A stretch of DNA of 64,000 bases, taken from Selaginella moellendorffii. Taxonomy: Eukaryota; Plantae; Lycopodiophyta. The notes under the pieces were generated by a model. It had not been told where the DNA came from. It saw only the letters and a list, made by a program, of their open reading frames with translations, and did not search any database. Positions within the stretch are counted from its first letter, which is position 1. Each line of letters starts with the position of its first letter. The stretch lies in the NCBI RefSeq assembly GCF_000143415.4, contig NW_003314346.1, forward strand, positions 588,936 through 652,935. The letters run 5' to 3'. The translations under genes were made by a program, and so were the position numbers. This document shows positions 34,512-46,489 of the stretch, one piece after another.

Positions 34512-36581
34512 CTTGTATCTTCACACAGATTTTTTGTTGTGATGCTACTGAATTGATAAAGAATGGAGTGGGGAGAAGTGTGGAGGTCGCTGGAGTTTAT
34601 ATAGTACTCCAGATCTGACTTGGTCATTTTACTGGAACAGAGAACACGTTAATCAGACTTGATCAGATGTTACATTCTATTTATCTTCCGAGGAAAGAAC
34701 CAAGAAGAAGTGGACCAAGAACTGTTCCTTGAAAACGTTGTAAGGATTGGTTTGGTCATGCACACGCTGTCCATTTGATAGCTGTGGGGCTCAACAAGTT
34801 GAACAACAAGTCACAGCCGTGAGAGTTTTTGATTCGTCCTAAATAGGGAAATGGTAGCGCCATGTGTCACTCAAGGACTTTCCGCCGGCTCCGGATCAGG
34901 TGAGTGATCAAGCCTCTATTGTTTCTGTGATCTTTTTCCTGCAGGAGTGTTACGATGTTCCCCAGGAATTATAAAGGAGGCCCGAGCTTAGCTTGTGACT
35001 CACTGTGTGGATTTTGCTCTGTTTTGATTCAAGCACGCTGATCAATGGTGCCTGCAAAGTGGGAAGAAAAAGAAGAACAGTGTCCAGCATACACTAAGAT
35101 AAGGACGAGGAGAGCGGAAAATGCGTACAGGAAATCCAACATCTCCTCTCGAGACTGGGATGAGGACTAAACTCGAATTGATCAATGGACAGACCGAGAT
35201 CAAGCATCCATTTTCTCAGCACGATATTCGGCTGCACAGGTGTACGGAAAAATCTGTACCGGCGAGTCGAGTGTAAATGCGCCGGACGGTGTTGCTCAGG
35301 CATGGAAACAAAGGTGGTGGCGGTTTAAGCTCAGCGTGCCTTTCAGCGATGATCTCAGAACCCGGTTATTCGAGCTTGATGTATATGGGAAGAGCACCAT
35401 GGGACATCAGGTAGCGGGGTTAACTGGGAAAAGTACTCGCTTGAAGGCCAGATAATTAGAGTCTATTGTCAGCGATTTGTAAGCTTCTTGCAGAAGACCA
35501 CAATAAGTGGACGGCTGGAATGCCTGATCTTCTGCTGTGGAAGGAGCAGCTGGCCGAAGTCAAGGGTCCAGGGTCGCTGGTTTCTTATTCTCTCGGACGC
35601 TAATTTTCCAGTGGAACTTTGCAAGGTCTCACATGTGGTGTCACTTGTGGACATTAACTTCTTTTGATTGAATCTTTCTCTATACTTCGGCGAGACGCAC
35701 GCGCAGAGGTATTTAGAACACGTCTTTGACTTGTATGTGAATTATTTCCTTCAGGCTTTGACTTCTGAGGTCAAGACATGACAACGAGAAGCTTCTACAG
35801 AAGGCCCTTTTGCAACACCAACCAAGAATCGAACCACGTCCGCTTCAAGCTCCTGGTTTGCATGAGTTACCTTTCCAAGATGCTTTTAGACAGGGATAGT
35901 GATAGAGACGAGGAGAAGGTTGCAACCCCGCGGCAGAGCAGATACCAGCCTTACATTTATGACTTCAATTCCATCATAACAGGCTGCGTCCAGTCTCCGG
36001 ACAGTGATCAAGAACAGCCCGACCAGGAAGTATTTAGCGTGCTCAGCGAGTGCGCCAGAGAGAGCAGTGGCCACCACAGGCTTACTTTATGGGCCATGAC
36101 TTCCACACTTCTCGGTCATGCAGCCGGGCCTTGAACTCGCCAACGGTCGAGCCTTCGGGAAACTCAAGAACCACCGCGTCCTGCTCTCGACCATTTCCAG
36201 CTCCGAGTCGATGCAGTGCGCGACCGCATCGTTCAAACAAAGCCATCGACCAGCAAGCACAATCTAAGAAAGGAATGGGAGCTCTAAACCTCCCTCTCGT
36301 AAAATATTTTGTTGTACGAGTCCATGAACAACTGCTGCTCCTTGAGATGTTCTTCTAGAGGCATGACTATAACTTTCAATACTATAATTAATGGCTGTTA
36401 TAACTAAACACGGTATGCTACAAAACATAAAAGCTATGGCTGATAAGTTTATGAGAACTTGGATCAATTACGCTGGTTTTATATCAAAGTCGTTAGTGCC
36501 ACCCGTGAACATATTGACTACGAATGCCATGAACTCCCTAAGAAGTTTCTTACTTATTTCGAAATATTATGGATCTTTAGT

Positions 36582-37378
36582 TTAAGCACAACCAAGGTTT
36601 TCACCTGGTGAAACACCCAACTGTGAGCAGAAGTCCCTGTAATAAGTGATACGGCTTTGTGCTGGTTCTGTCTCACTGCCCCTGCCACACTCTAGCGCTC
36701 CATTGATGGCTCGAATTGTAGCTCCAAATCCTTGATTCTGTGTTATTGCGGTGTGGCAATTCGAGTTTTGCATCCAAAACCACACTGATGACCTCCATGC
36801 AAGTAAGCCATTCTGAGCAACTTGGTCTGGGTTCTGGAGGAGGTTCATATTGAAAGCCCTTCCCGCGGCATCATAGTTGTAATTCCTGCAGATGAAATGT
36901 TGGATTTGTACTGCATACGTTTTTCATTTCTAACTTACCAAGTGAGCTGCAGAGGACCTCTTCCATAGTAAGCCATAGTGCCTGCCGGACATGAAACTCC
37001 ACCGCTAGTGTTACAATAGACGTTGTTTTGGTTGATCTCTCGAATGAATTGCAGTGCTACAATCAAGTAGAAAAACTTCAAGACATTAGTGAGAAATGGA
37101 TTTTTCTATGTAAAATTACTTCCAGTCTCGTGCTTCACATGTGCAAAGTACGCAGCCAGTTCCCTCCTTTGAACATCAAGACTCCCTGTGCTTCCAAAAG
37201 CAGGAAAGCCATTTGCTGCAGCAATGAAATCACTATAGGTATAGAAAGGATTGGCAACGTTGGATGGGAAGAACTGCCTAAACACAGACTCAGTTACGAT
37301 GCTAGATGGGTTTGCTAGTGTGGGGGAGGGAGATCCAATGCAAAGTATAAAAGATACGATGATTGCTGCAAATGCCAT
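36582..37378 (-). CDS. GH19 chitinase, copy 2
   Basis: Essentially identical to 31701-32497. Confidence 0.93.
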
Positions 37379-38167
37379 GGGTGCTAAAGTTTATGAGAAC
37401 TTGAATGAATTTGGGTTGGTTTTATACTCTTGAAGCCACCCGTGAACATATTGACTAAAATGCCGTGTTGATGGAAACTTCCTAAGATGGAAGGTGTCTT
37501 TTATTGACTTTTCAAAATACTTTTGATTGAGGTTATGATCTTCGGTTTAAAGGTATAATATCTAAATTTTTAACAGTTTCTTATATCTAGAAATAAAATA
37601 CCAATTTATACAGTTATCAATCTTAGTAAATAGAAATTAAATTGTATTTTAATTAACAAATTTGGAAAAAGAATTTTCTTGCATGATTTTTAGCTAGAAT
37701 AAGCTTGGACATTCTAAGATATTTTATCATCTAATGGTTGTTAGTTATTTATATTAATATTGTGAGGGCCAAGTGTACGGCTACGATGCCGTATACTAAT
37801 ATTAGCGTAGTGGATTTTGGTAGCCGTCGGATTAGTTTCAATCCGGACCACTCGCTCCTGTATATAAGCTAGGGTTTTTGGGTTAATTGATATGCACATT
37901 TCTGTATTCCCTTTCCATATTCCATGCACTCACATTGGTGGAGATGAGGGGCACCTTTGATTGTCCCTGGGGAGTGCTTGGATTTGGGATTTCGGTTTAG
38001 ATCTAGCTTTTGCATTGTCTAGATCTAACTTTTTCCATTTCCTTTCTTTTGTTCTTTCCTTTCAGGATTTTGGTTTAGATCTAGCTTTTTGCATTGTCTA
38101 GATCTACCATTTCTTTCCAGCTTTTTGTCATTTATCTTCTTTTGCTCTTTCTTTCTCATTCATTTTC

Positions 38168-39100
38168 ATGGCCGATCCGCAATCTCCTCCTTTGACTCTA
38201 GAGCAGCAGTTGGTTCAATTGCTTGATGCTATGCGCCTGCAATTGAACAACCAAACTTAGTTGATGGCGGCGTTCACGGCACATGGTACAACTCCTCCTG
38301 CTTTTGGTGCCAATCCTCGCGTTCGGCCGGAGTTCTTTCGTGGGAATCCTGGGGATGATGTGTACCATTGGTTCGATCACTTCACGGTGATTGCCACATA
38401 TCATTCTTGGGATGATGCTCGACGTTTGCGTGAGTTCCCCACATGTCTTCAAGGGACGGCATTGCAGTGGTACAATGGATTGAGCACAGCTACTCGTGGC
38501 AATTGGAGTGTTCTTCCGGACGTCTTCAAACGCGCCTTCGGACACGCCGACGATTGTGATGATGCCTTCCAACAATTGCATCGTCTTCGCCAAGGGCCAT
38601 CTGAGTCGGTGATGCAATTTGGCGTTCGTTTCCGAAGTCTTTTGCTTCGTGCGGAGCCAAATATGTCGGAGCGGATCAAGCTAGGAATGCTGTGGCCAGC
38701 ACTTCGTCAAGATCTTGTCGGACTTGTGCATGCACTTGCTCCTGCCACTCTTGACGATGCTCTTCGCTTGGCACAACGTTATGAGACGTCGCCTCTTCCA
38801 CTTCTTGCTACACATCCTTCAGCTCCACTTCCTATGAGTGATGGTCTTGTTCCCATGGAGGTTGATGCTGCTGCTACTCGAGTCCAAGGACAAGGGCGAG
38901 GACGTGGTCGTGGCCGTGACATTCGTTGCTGGGCGTGTGATGAAGTTGGTCATACTTATCGGCGTTGTCGGCGCTTTCCGGATTGGCGACCTCCATTTCC
39001 TGGGTGGAGACCTTGGCGTCAGCAACGTCCCGTTGGTGCTGCTGTGGTGGAAGGTTTGGATACCGAGGTGCATTCGGGAAACGAGGAGTCGCGCGAGTAA
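38168..39100 (+). pseudogene. Gag (retrotrans_gag with CCHC knuckle), one in-frame TAG at 38258
   Basis: 'FRGNPGDDVYHWF', 'LRQGPSESV', 'CWACDEVGHTYRRC'. Confidence 0.85.
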
Positions 39101-39139
39101 TGGAGGGACCTTGCGCGAATAAGTTAGTGACCCCTCCAT
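39076..39139 (+). promoter_or_regulatory. -1 programmed ribosomal frameshift signal (G GGA AAC) with H-type pseudoknot
   Basis: Slippery heptamer in gag phase at 39076-39082, 6-nt spacer, stem 1 39089-39097/39110-39118, stem 2 39100-39107/39132-39139. The -1 frame reads into protease 'VLVDTGSS'. Confidence 0.8.
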
Positions 39140-39291
39140 CTTTCTTTCGGGAGTATCATCAAGGGGTTCACTCGGCACCGGTTCATCCAGTGTTTACTTT
39201 CCAAGCTCGTTTTTATAACAAGAGGTCTCCTATTCTTCTCTCCGTGTTGGTTGATACAGGTTCAAGTTTATCTTCTATTGCTCGACCTGTT

Positions 39292-42200
39292 TGTAAGCGA
39301 CTAAATTTTCCATTCTACTTTAGTCACTTAACCACACCTCTGACCACTTGGAGGAGTCTCATTCACAACCTCCATCAATCCAATTCAGGACTTGGGACTT
39401 GCTAGCCCCAAGAATGGCATCCATGCCACTCTACACTTGCACCTGGTCCAAGTGCTCCACGTGTCCGGTCCTGAGACCGACACCCAAAGGTACCACTGAC
39501 ATCTCGGCTCGTTACGCTAAGGCCATGCCCATTCACCTTTGCTGCACTAGTGGTTCAACACCACTTGCATCACCACCTCGTCTCTCCAAGATTGGGCCAT
39601 GTGTCCACGAGGGGTCATCCTAGATCCACTCCTTAGCATCCTTAGGATGCCCACAGACCTGGGGAATTGCCTTCCCCAAAGTCCCTTTGTCAGTTCCTAC
39701 CAAGTCCCTTTCTGCCCTTGGCCGTGTTTGCCAACACTGCCACTGGATCGAGGCCCACAGGCCCGACCCCTAAGTCCCACGGTCCTCTGGGACTTCCTCA
39801 CCACATGACTGTGTCCTTGGTCACTACCCCAGAGGACTGCTCCTCTTCCTTTCCACAGTCTGGGCCTTTGGGACAACATTTCGGAACACCGTGGCCTTAC
39901 GCGAGCCACCTGGGTACTCTCCCCACCTATCGCCTTTAGGTGCTCTAGCCATGGGCTTAGAGCGAGGTTCCATTGAGCCACGCCTGGTATCCAAGTAGGT
40001 AGTGCCACCCACACTTGGACTGGGAGCATCGGCCAGTCGATCTCCCGGGGGAACTAGAGCCGGCTCTTGAACACTTCACCAAGCTACCCCGCTTGTCGGT
40101 CCGTATTCACTCTAGTCTTGGACTTCCCAGTGGTCAGTTCATCACCCAACATTGGGTCTGGCCTTCCTGGGCCAAACTGGCCTTTCCTGGCCAAACTGGC
40201 TCCACTGCAGTCCTCCCCCTTACTATACTTTTGGAGCTCACCAAACCCCCCAGGGTCTGGGAGACAAACGCTTTGGGCTTTCACCCTCTCAGGCTCCGGA
40301 CTCGGACTCGGACTCGGACTCGGACTCGGACTCGGAGTCGGACTCGGACTCGGGCTCGGGCTCGGTCTCGGCCTCGGCCTCGGCCTCGGTCTCGGTCCCG
40401 ATCTCGGTCTCGGTCTCAGTCTTGGTCCCGGTCTCGGTCTCGACTTCGGACTCCATCTCGGACTCCATCTCGGGTCCATCTCGGACTCCATCTCGGACTC
40501 CATTTCGGGTCCATCTCGGGTCCACCTCGGACTCCATCTCGGACTCCATCTCGGACTCCACTTCGGACTCCAACTCGGGTCCATCTCGGGTCCACCTCGG
40601 ACTCCACTTCAGACTCCATCTCGGACTCCATTTCGGGTCCATCTTGGACACTCCCACGTGTCATGTGTTGGTCCTTTTGGGTCCCTTTTTGGAGCCTCGC
40701 CTTTTGCTCGCTTCATGCTCGTTCCTCGAGCACTTCTTTGGGAGTTCCACTCCCGCTCTTGACTTTTCAAGTCGGAGCTTTTGGTCCAAACGTGTTACGC
40801 TCGTTTGGCTCTCGCTTCGGCCACTACCATGTGGCGCCCTTCCGGCTCCACTTTGGGGCCTAGGGATTTTGTGTCTCACAACTCCACCACCCATAGACGA
40901 AGTTCGATGTCCTCATCGAACGGTAAACCCTTTCATAAAGTAACACCCACACGTGTTACCATTTCCATCCTTGGCACCTAGCCAATCTTTGTCTATGGTT
41001 TGACATCAAAGGCTCACCATGCCTTGTCCATCCTTTAAGGAGCGTAGTCTCTCCAACTTAGAGACTGATTGGACCACATGTAATGGTTCTCTCCTTTTAT
41101 TGGTTTAGTTCTCGCTAAACCTCTTAGAGACCCTTCTCTAAGTCAACCCCACTACTCCTTCTCGAGTAGTTTCAATTTCCATCGATATAACCTTTGCACT
41201 TTGGAACTTTGAATTTTGACTTCTTGGAGTCAATTTCCTAGGTGTCTCCGACACCTTGCCTTGCACCTTTTGTGCAACTCCACTTCCCATCCTAGGAAGT
41301 TCTCTACTCGAGGGCACCATCATCCTCTCTTCTATTTCGTGCCAAAGTTCCAGTTATCATACTTTGTGCTAGGGCTGTTTATGGCCCTATCGTTTGGCTA
41401 CCTTACCGCTCCCTCCCTTGGAGCTTCCACTTTCGCCAACTCGGAGCATTTCGGAATCCCTCCTTGGAAACACACTTCCTTTCCCGCAACTTGTTAGCGT
41501 CCAACACATTAGTGTTCCTCACCTAACTTTGTCACTTGGATTCCTCCCAAGGGATTCCACGGCCCTATCTTGGCCACTCATTTTTTGCTCCTATCTGTTG
41601 ATTGTTGCACCAAGCAACATCGAATCTCTACCTCCCTCCTTGAGGTATTGTTTCGGTTCCATAGCAAAGACTCTTCTTTGCCAAGTCCGGAGGATGTTCA
41701 CCCTTAGTACATCTCTTTAGCATCTTCTGCTATGGGCTCTATCCACGGCCCAACTTCGTGATCCTCCCATGGGTCTTTCATAGAGACTACTTTCCTCGGA
41801 CTCACTATGCCATCGCACGGACATAGTTTATTTCCCTTAGGTGCTCTTCCCACTTGGTCATCACGACCAAGCCACACCACTTTAAACAGTTCAATTTCAA
41901 CATTTTGAACCAGGAACTTCATTCCTTAGCCAACCAAGGACCTTGTCCTTATCTGGCCATAAGATCACCTAGTGATCTCACCTTGGCACCTTAACAGAGT
42001 TGCCAAGAGGTACTTGGTCTTCTAGACCTCCAAGTTGTTGACTATAACCCCGGGGGCATCCCCCACACTTGGCGGTGCACCCAAGCCAGCCCTTACGGCC
42101 AAGGGTTCCTAGCAACTGAGATTAGGTGTCCCCATCTCACTCACCACGACCTTGGTGCCATTTGCACCAAAGCGTTCAAGTTAGATATGCTGAGCTTTCA

Positions 42201-45200
42201 CACTAAGCAATCTAACCGTGCATCACGACTCCGAGGCATCCCTCGCTTGGCGGTGTGCCCAAACCAGTCTCCCCACTGAGAGTCCATGACCACCGAAATA
42301 TGAGTGTCCTCATATTCCAAACCATCACCACGCCCTAGTGATTTGGGACTCGAACCCAAGCACTAGAGGGTCGGGACTCGAACCCAACCTCCGTATATGC
42401 ATCTACGGACGGCATCACACTAGATGCCTGGCGTGACTCCCCACGCCGGTGCACCAACCTATTTTTAAAGCGCGCTACAGATCACAGCTTAGGAACCTAG
42501 TTCCTCCACACTGCCAAGTCCTCTCACTTGACATGTCTGTGATCATGCATGGACTCCTCCATGCTCGGCCCCATGGCCCACCCTTTTTGAAGTTATCACC
42601 TTCAACTAGGGTCTTTGTTCCCCCGATGTGCCAATCTCACTTGGCAAGTTCTCCGACCATTGTAACATGGTTCCTGCATAAGCGTGAAAGTCCTTGACCA
42701 TCGACTTTCATTCAAAGCCCTCTCTTTGAACACTCGGGAACTACTTCCCTAACCTTGATAGCCTTGCCTCATGGCAAGCTTCAAGACCACGCTTCTGCTG
42801 TGCCACTCTGATTTCGCGCGTTCCATGAACCATTTACACTTGGCCTTTCTAGGTACTAAGCTACCTAGAATCGTCTTTGGGAACCTTGAAGGAATTCTGT
42901 CCCTCAGCTTGCTAAGGCCTCCCTTTTTGCAAGCCTTCAAAATGCCACATAGTCTAACATGAACAATTCCATATTTTAGACTCTCCATGGCATCACGGTT
43001 GCTAGCGGCAACACCCTTGAGCCCCCACTTGATTCTCCACTCCCAGCTGGCATAACCAACCTTCGTTACACCCTTTGATTCCTATGGTTCGGTTCTATCC
43101 CCTTACTTCTTGCTTTTTGGCTTCACACCTTTCCTTTGGTCATTCTCCTCCAGACCAGGAGGATAGCTTTGCACTTTCTATCACGCTTTAGCAAGTATTC
43201 TTAGGGATGAACCTACCCAATAGCCTAGGGAGTGGTTCTTCAATCCGGGTATGCTCACCTTATAATCCCACACACTGGGGTTACATTGTTGCTTATGGGC
43301 CTTTACATGCCCATCACTAGCCTTGCCAAAATTCCATTTTTGGCTTTGTCCAACTCGGGTAGACAGTCCTCTCCTGTCTCCGCAACCTTGGACATTTGGA
43401 TAGCACCTTTTATCCATCATTCGCTAGGGACTTATCCCTTGCCCTTGCGACATCAAACACCACCTTCTGGTGTTCTAGAGTGTCTGGGTGTCCCAATGAT
43501 GGCTTTCTTGACAATGAGTATTTCCTTTTATGACATTGACTTACTATATCACAACACAAGCAACTTATCCCCCGTAAGGGTATATCCAACTTCCTTATGC
43601 TATTAAGAAGTCTTGGGTAGCTACCTTCTACCCGTTTAACTAGTTATTTTGCACCTCTTGCTTAGTTGCCTCATAGTTGTCAAGTCCTACAACTCATTGC
43701 TTGGTGCTTTCACACCTCCATCATTATCTGGGTCACCACACTCCAACTGCATGCTCTGCAGCTTAGGCTATGCCATTCCCATTTCCATTGGGATTCCTTT
43801 GGCAAGGGGTTCTCATGAACCCACCAACATAGCCTCAAAGTATCACACCTTGGCACATTTGGTGTCTCCACACCATCGGCTCCACGAGCCTACCTCTATG
43901 ACATTTCCCTTTCGTGTCTAAGTCTTTGCCAAGACCAACACTGCTCTTTCTCATGCCAACCATCCGTTAGCACTGCCCCATAGAGGTCACACACAACTTT
44001 ATGTCAAAGTTGTTTTCTTCTGGGAACACCTTTCCCATAACTTTAGCATGGCACATTTTGCCATCGATGAGATACCCTCTGTTCTCATCCTTGGATCCTA
44101 TGATCCCCCCCCATCCTTTGTGGGGTACAACGCACCTGAGTCCAAATGCTTCATTCAGTCCTTTTTAGGATCATCCCTTGACTCTACTTGAGTCGTCTAG
44201 CAGTTTTGGACTTGGTTAATCCACCGACCCGTAAGGTCCTACTTGTGAGGCACTAGCTCACTGGAATACACATCTTGCATTCCGGTCCTACTCAAAAGGA
44301 CTATTTTCACAAGTGTTACTCCGACACTTGATTTTGTTCTCTGGGGGCAACTTTTGCCCCGTAGGACTACTTGTCCATGTGATGAGAATACCACTCATCT
44401 CTAAGTACACCCCCCAACTCCTTGGGTTGTTCCAGCATTTATTAAAGGTAGCCCCGACTACCATTTCAAGGACTTGAGTCCTCTTCCGTATTTGACCTTC
44501 CACGGTCATTACCTTTGGTCTCACATTCATGAGCACCAACCTCAACTATATGAGGATAATCTTGTGACTCCTTTATTGTTTTGGAGTCTCTATCTTTCCC
44601 GTGATCCCAACTTTAGTTGTTTACCACAACAACCTTAGCCAATTTGCTGAGACAAATGCTCATCCGGATCACATCCTCAACTCAATGAGGAAAACCTTGC
44701 ACTGTTCCCAAGATCCCAAAGTCGTTCCATTATTGGCCCTTTTCTATCCACCACCTTGTCTACAAGTTCACACATGAACTGTAATGGAAAGCCATGTCTT
44801 CCCGACTTGTTACTCCTCAAGGATAGGCCCACTCCTCGGACCTTCCGATGCCAACACTAGTGGTGATATATTTGAGCACCAATAAAAGTCGGACTAAGGA
44901 ACAGCTCCGATACCAAATTGTAAGCGACTAAATTTTCCATTCTACTTTAGTCACTTAACCACACCTCCGACCACTTGGAGGAGTCTCATTCACAACCTCC
45001 ATCAATCCAATTCAGGACTTGGGACTTGCTAGCCCCAAGAATGGCATCCATGCCACTCCACACTTGCACCTGGTCCAAGTGCTCCACGTGTCCGGTCCTG
45101 AGACCGACACCCAAAGGTACCACTGACATCTCGGCCCGTTACGCTAAGGCCATGCCCATTCACCTTTGCTGCACTAGTGGTTCAACACCACTTGCATCAC

Positions 45201-46489
45201 CACCTCGTCTCTCCAAGATTGGGCCATGTGTCCACGAGGGGTCATCCTAGATCCACTCCTTAGCATCCTTAGGATGCCCACAGACCTGGGGAATTGCCTT
45301 CCCCAAAGTCCCTTTGTCAGTTCCTACCAAGTCCCTTTCTGCCCCTGGCCGTGTTTGCCAACACTGCCACTGGATCGAGGCCCACAGGCCCGACCCCTAA
45401 GTCCCACGGTCCTCTGGGACTTCCTCACCACATGACTGTGTCCTTGGTCACTACCCCAGAGGACTGCTCCTCTTCCTTTCCACAGTCTGGGCCTTTGGGA
45501 CAACATTTCGGAACACCGTGGCCTTACGCGAGCCACCTGGGTACTCTCCCCACCTATCGCCTTTAGGTGCTCTAGCCATGGGCTTAGAGCGAGGTTCCGT
45601 TGAGCCATGCCTGGTATCCAAGTAGGTAGTGCCACCCACACTTGGACTGGGAGCATCGGCCAGTCGATCTCTCGGGGGAACTAGAGCCGGCTCTTGAACA
45701 CTTCACCAAGCTACCCCGCTTGTCGGTCCGTATTCACTCTAGTCTTGGACTTCCCAGTGGTCAGTTCATCACCCAACACTGGGTCTGGCCTTCCTGGGCC
45801 AAACTGGCCTTTCCTGGCCAAACTGGCTCCACTGCAGTCCTCCCCCTTACTATACTTTTGGAGCTCACCAAACCCCCCAGGGTCTGGGAGACAAACGCTT
45901 TGGGCTTTCACCCTCTCAGGCTCCGGACTCGGACTCGGACTCGGACTCGGACTCGGACTCGGACTCGGGCTCGGGCTCGGTCTCGGCCTCGGCCTCGGTC
46001 TCGGTCTCGGTCCCGATCTCGGTCTCGGTCTCGGTCTCGGTCCCAGTCTCGGTCTCGACTTCGGACTCCATCTCGGACTCCATCTCGGGTCCATCTCGGA
46101 CTCCATCTCGGACTCCATTTCGGGTCCATCTCGGGTCCACCTCGGACTCCATCTCGGACTCCATCTCGGACTCCACTTCGGACTCCAACTCGGGTCCATC
46201 TCGGGTCCACCTCGGACTCCACTTCGGACTCCATCTCGGACTCCATTTCGGGTCCATCTTGGACACTCCCACGTGTCATGTGTTGGTCCTTTTGGGTCCC
46301 TTTTTGGAGCCTCGCCTTTTGCTCGCTTCGTGCTCGTTCCTCGAGCACTTCTTTGGGAGTTCCACTCCCGCTCTTGACTTTTCAAGTTGGAGCTTTTGGT
46401 CCAAACGTGTTACGCTCGTTTGGCTTTCGCTTCGGCCACTACCATGTGGCGCCCTTCCGGCTCCACTTTGGGGCCTAGGGATTTTGTGT
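39292..46489 (-). mobile_element. Nested non-autonomous LTR retrotransposon (LARD-like), antisense to host
   Basis: ~1.58-kb near-identical LTRs at 39292-40880 and 44919-46489 (last 6 nt missing). tRNA-iMet PBS TGGTATCGGAGC on minus strand at ~44904-44915. PPT-like GGGTGGTGGAGT at 40881-40892. ~4-kb internal region without long ORFs. Confidence 0.85.
40293..40645. repeat. (CTCGGA/T/C)n hexamer and CTCCATCTCGGA 12-mer array inside the nested LTR; second copy at 45920-46260
   Basis: Directly visible tandem repeats. Confidence 0.9.

Noticed and set aside
24252-37378. Specialised-metabolite biosynthetic gene cluster
   Set aside because: Only one (frameshifted) tailoring enzyme and no scaffold-forming enzyme; better explained as duplicated defence genes.
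37936-37951. tRNA-like sequences here and at ~44904 and ~59417
   Set aside because: Primer-binding sites only; no cloverleaf.
40015-46478. SR-rich, SD-rich and GL-rich ORFs resembling splicing factors or adhesins
   Set aside because: They are translations of the hexamer/12-mer array in the nested LTRs, open in nearly all frames.
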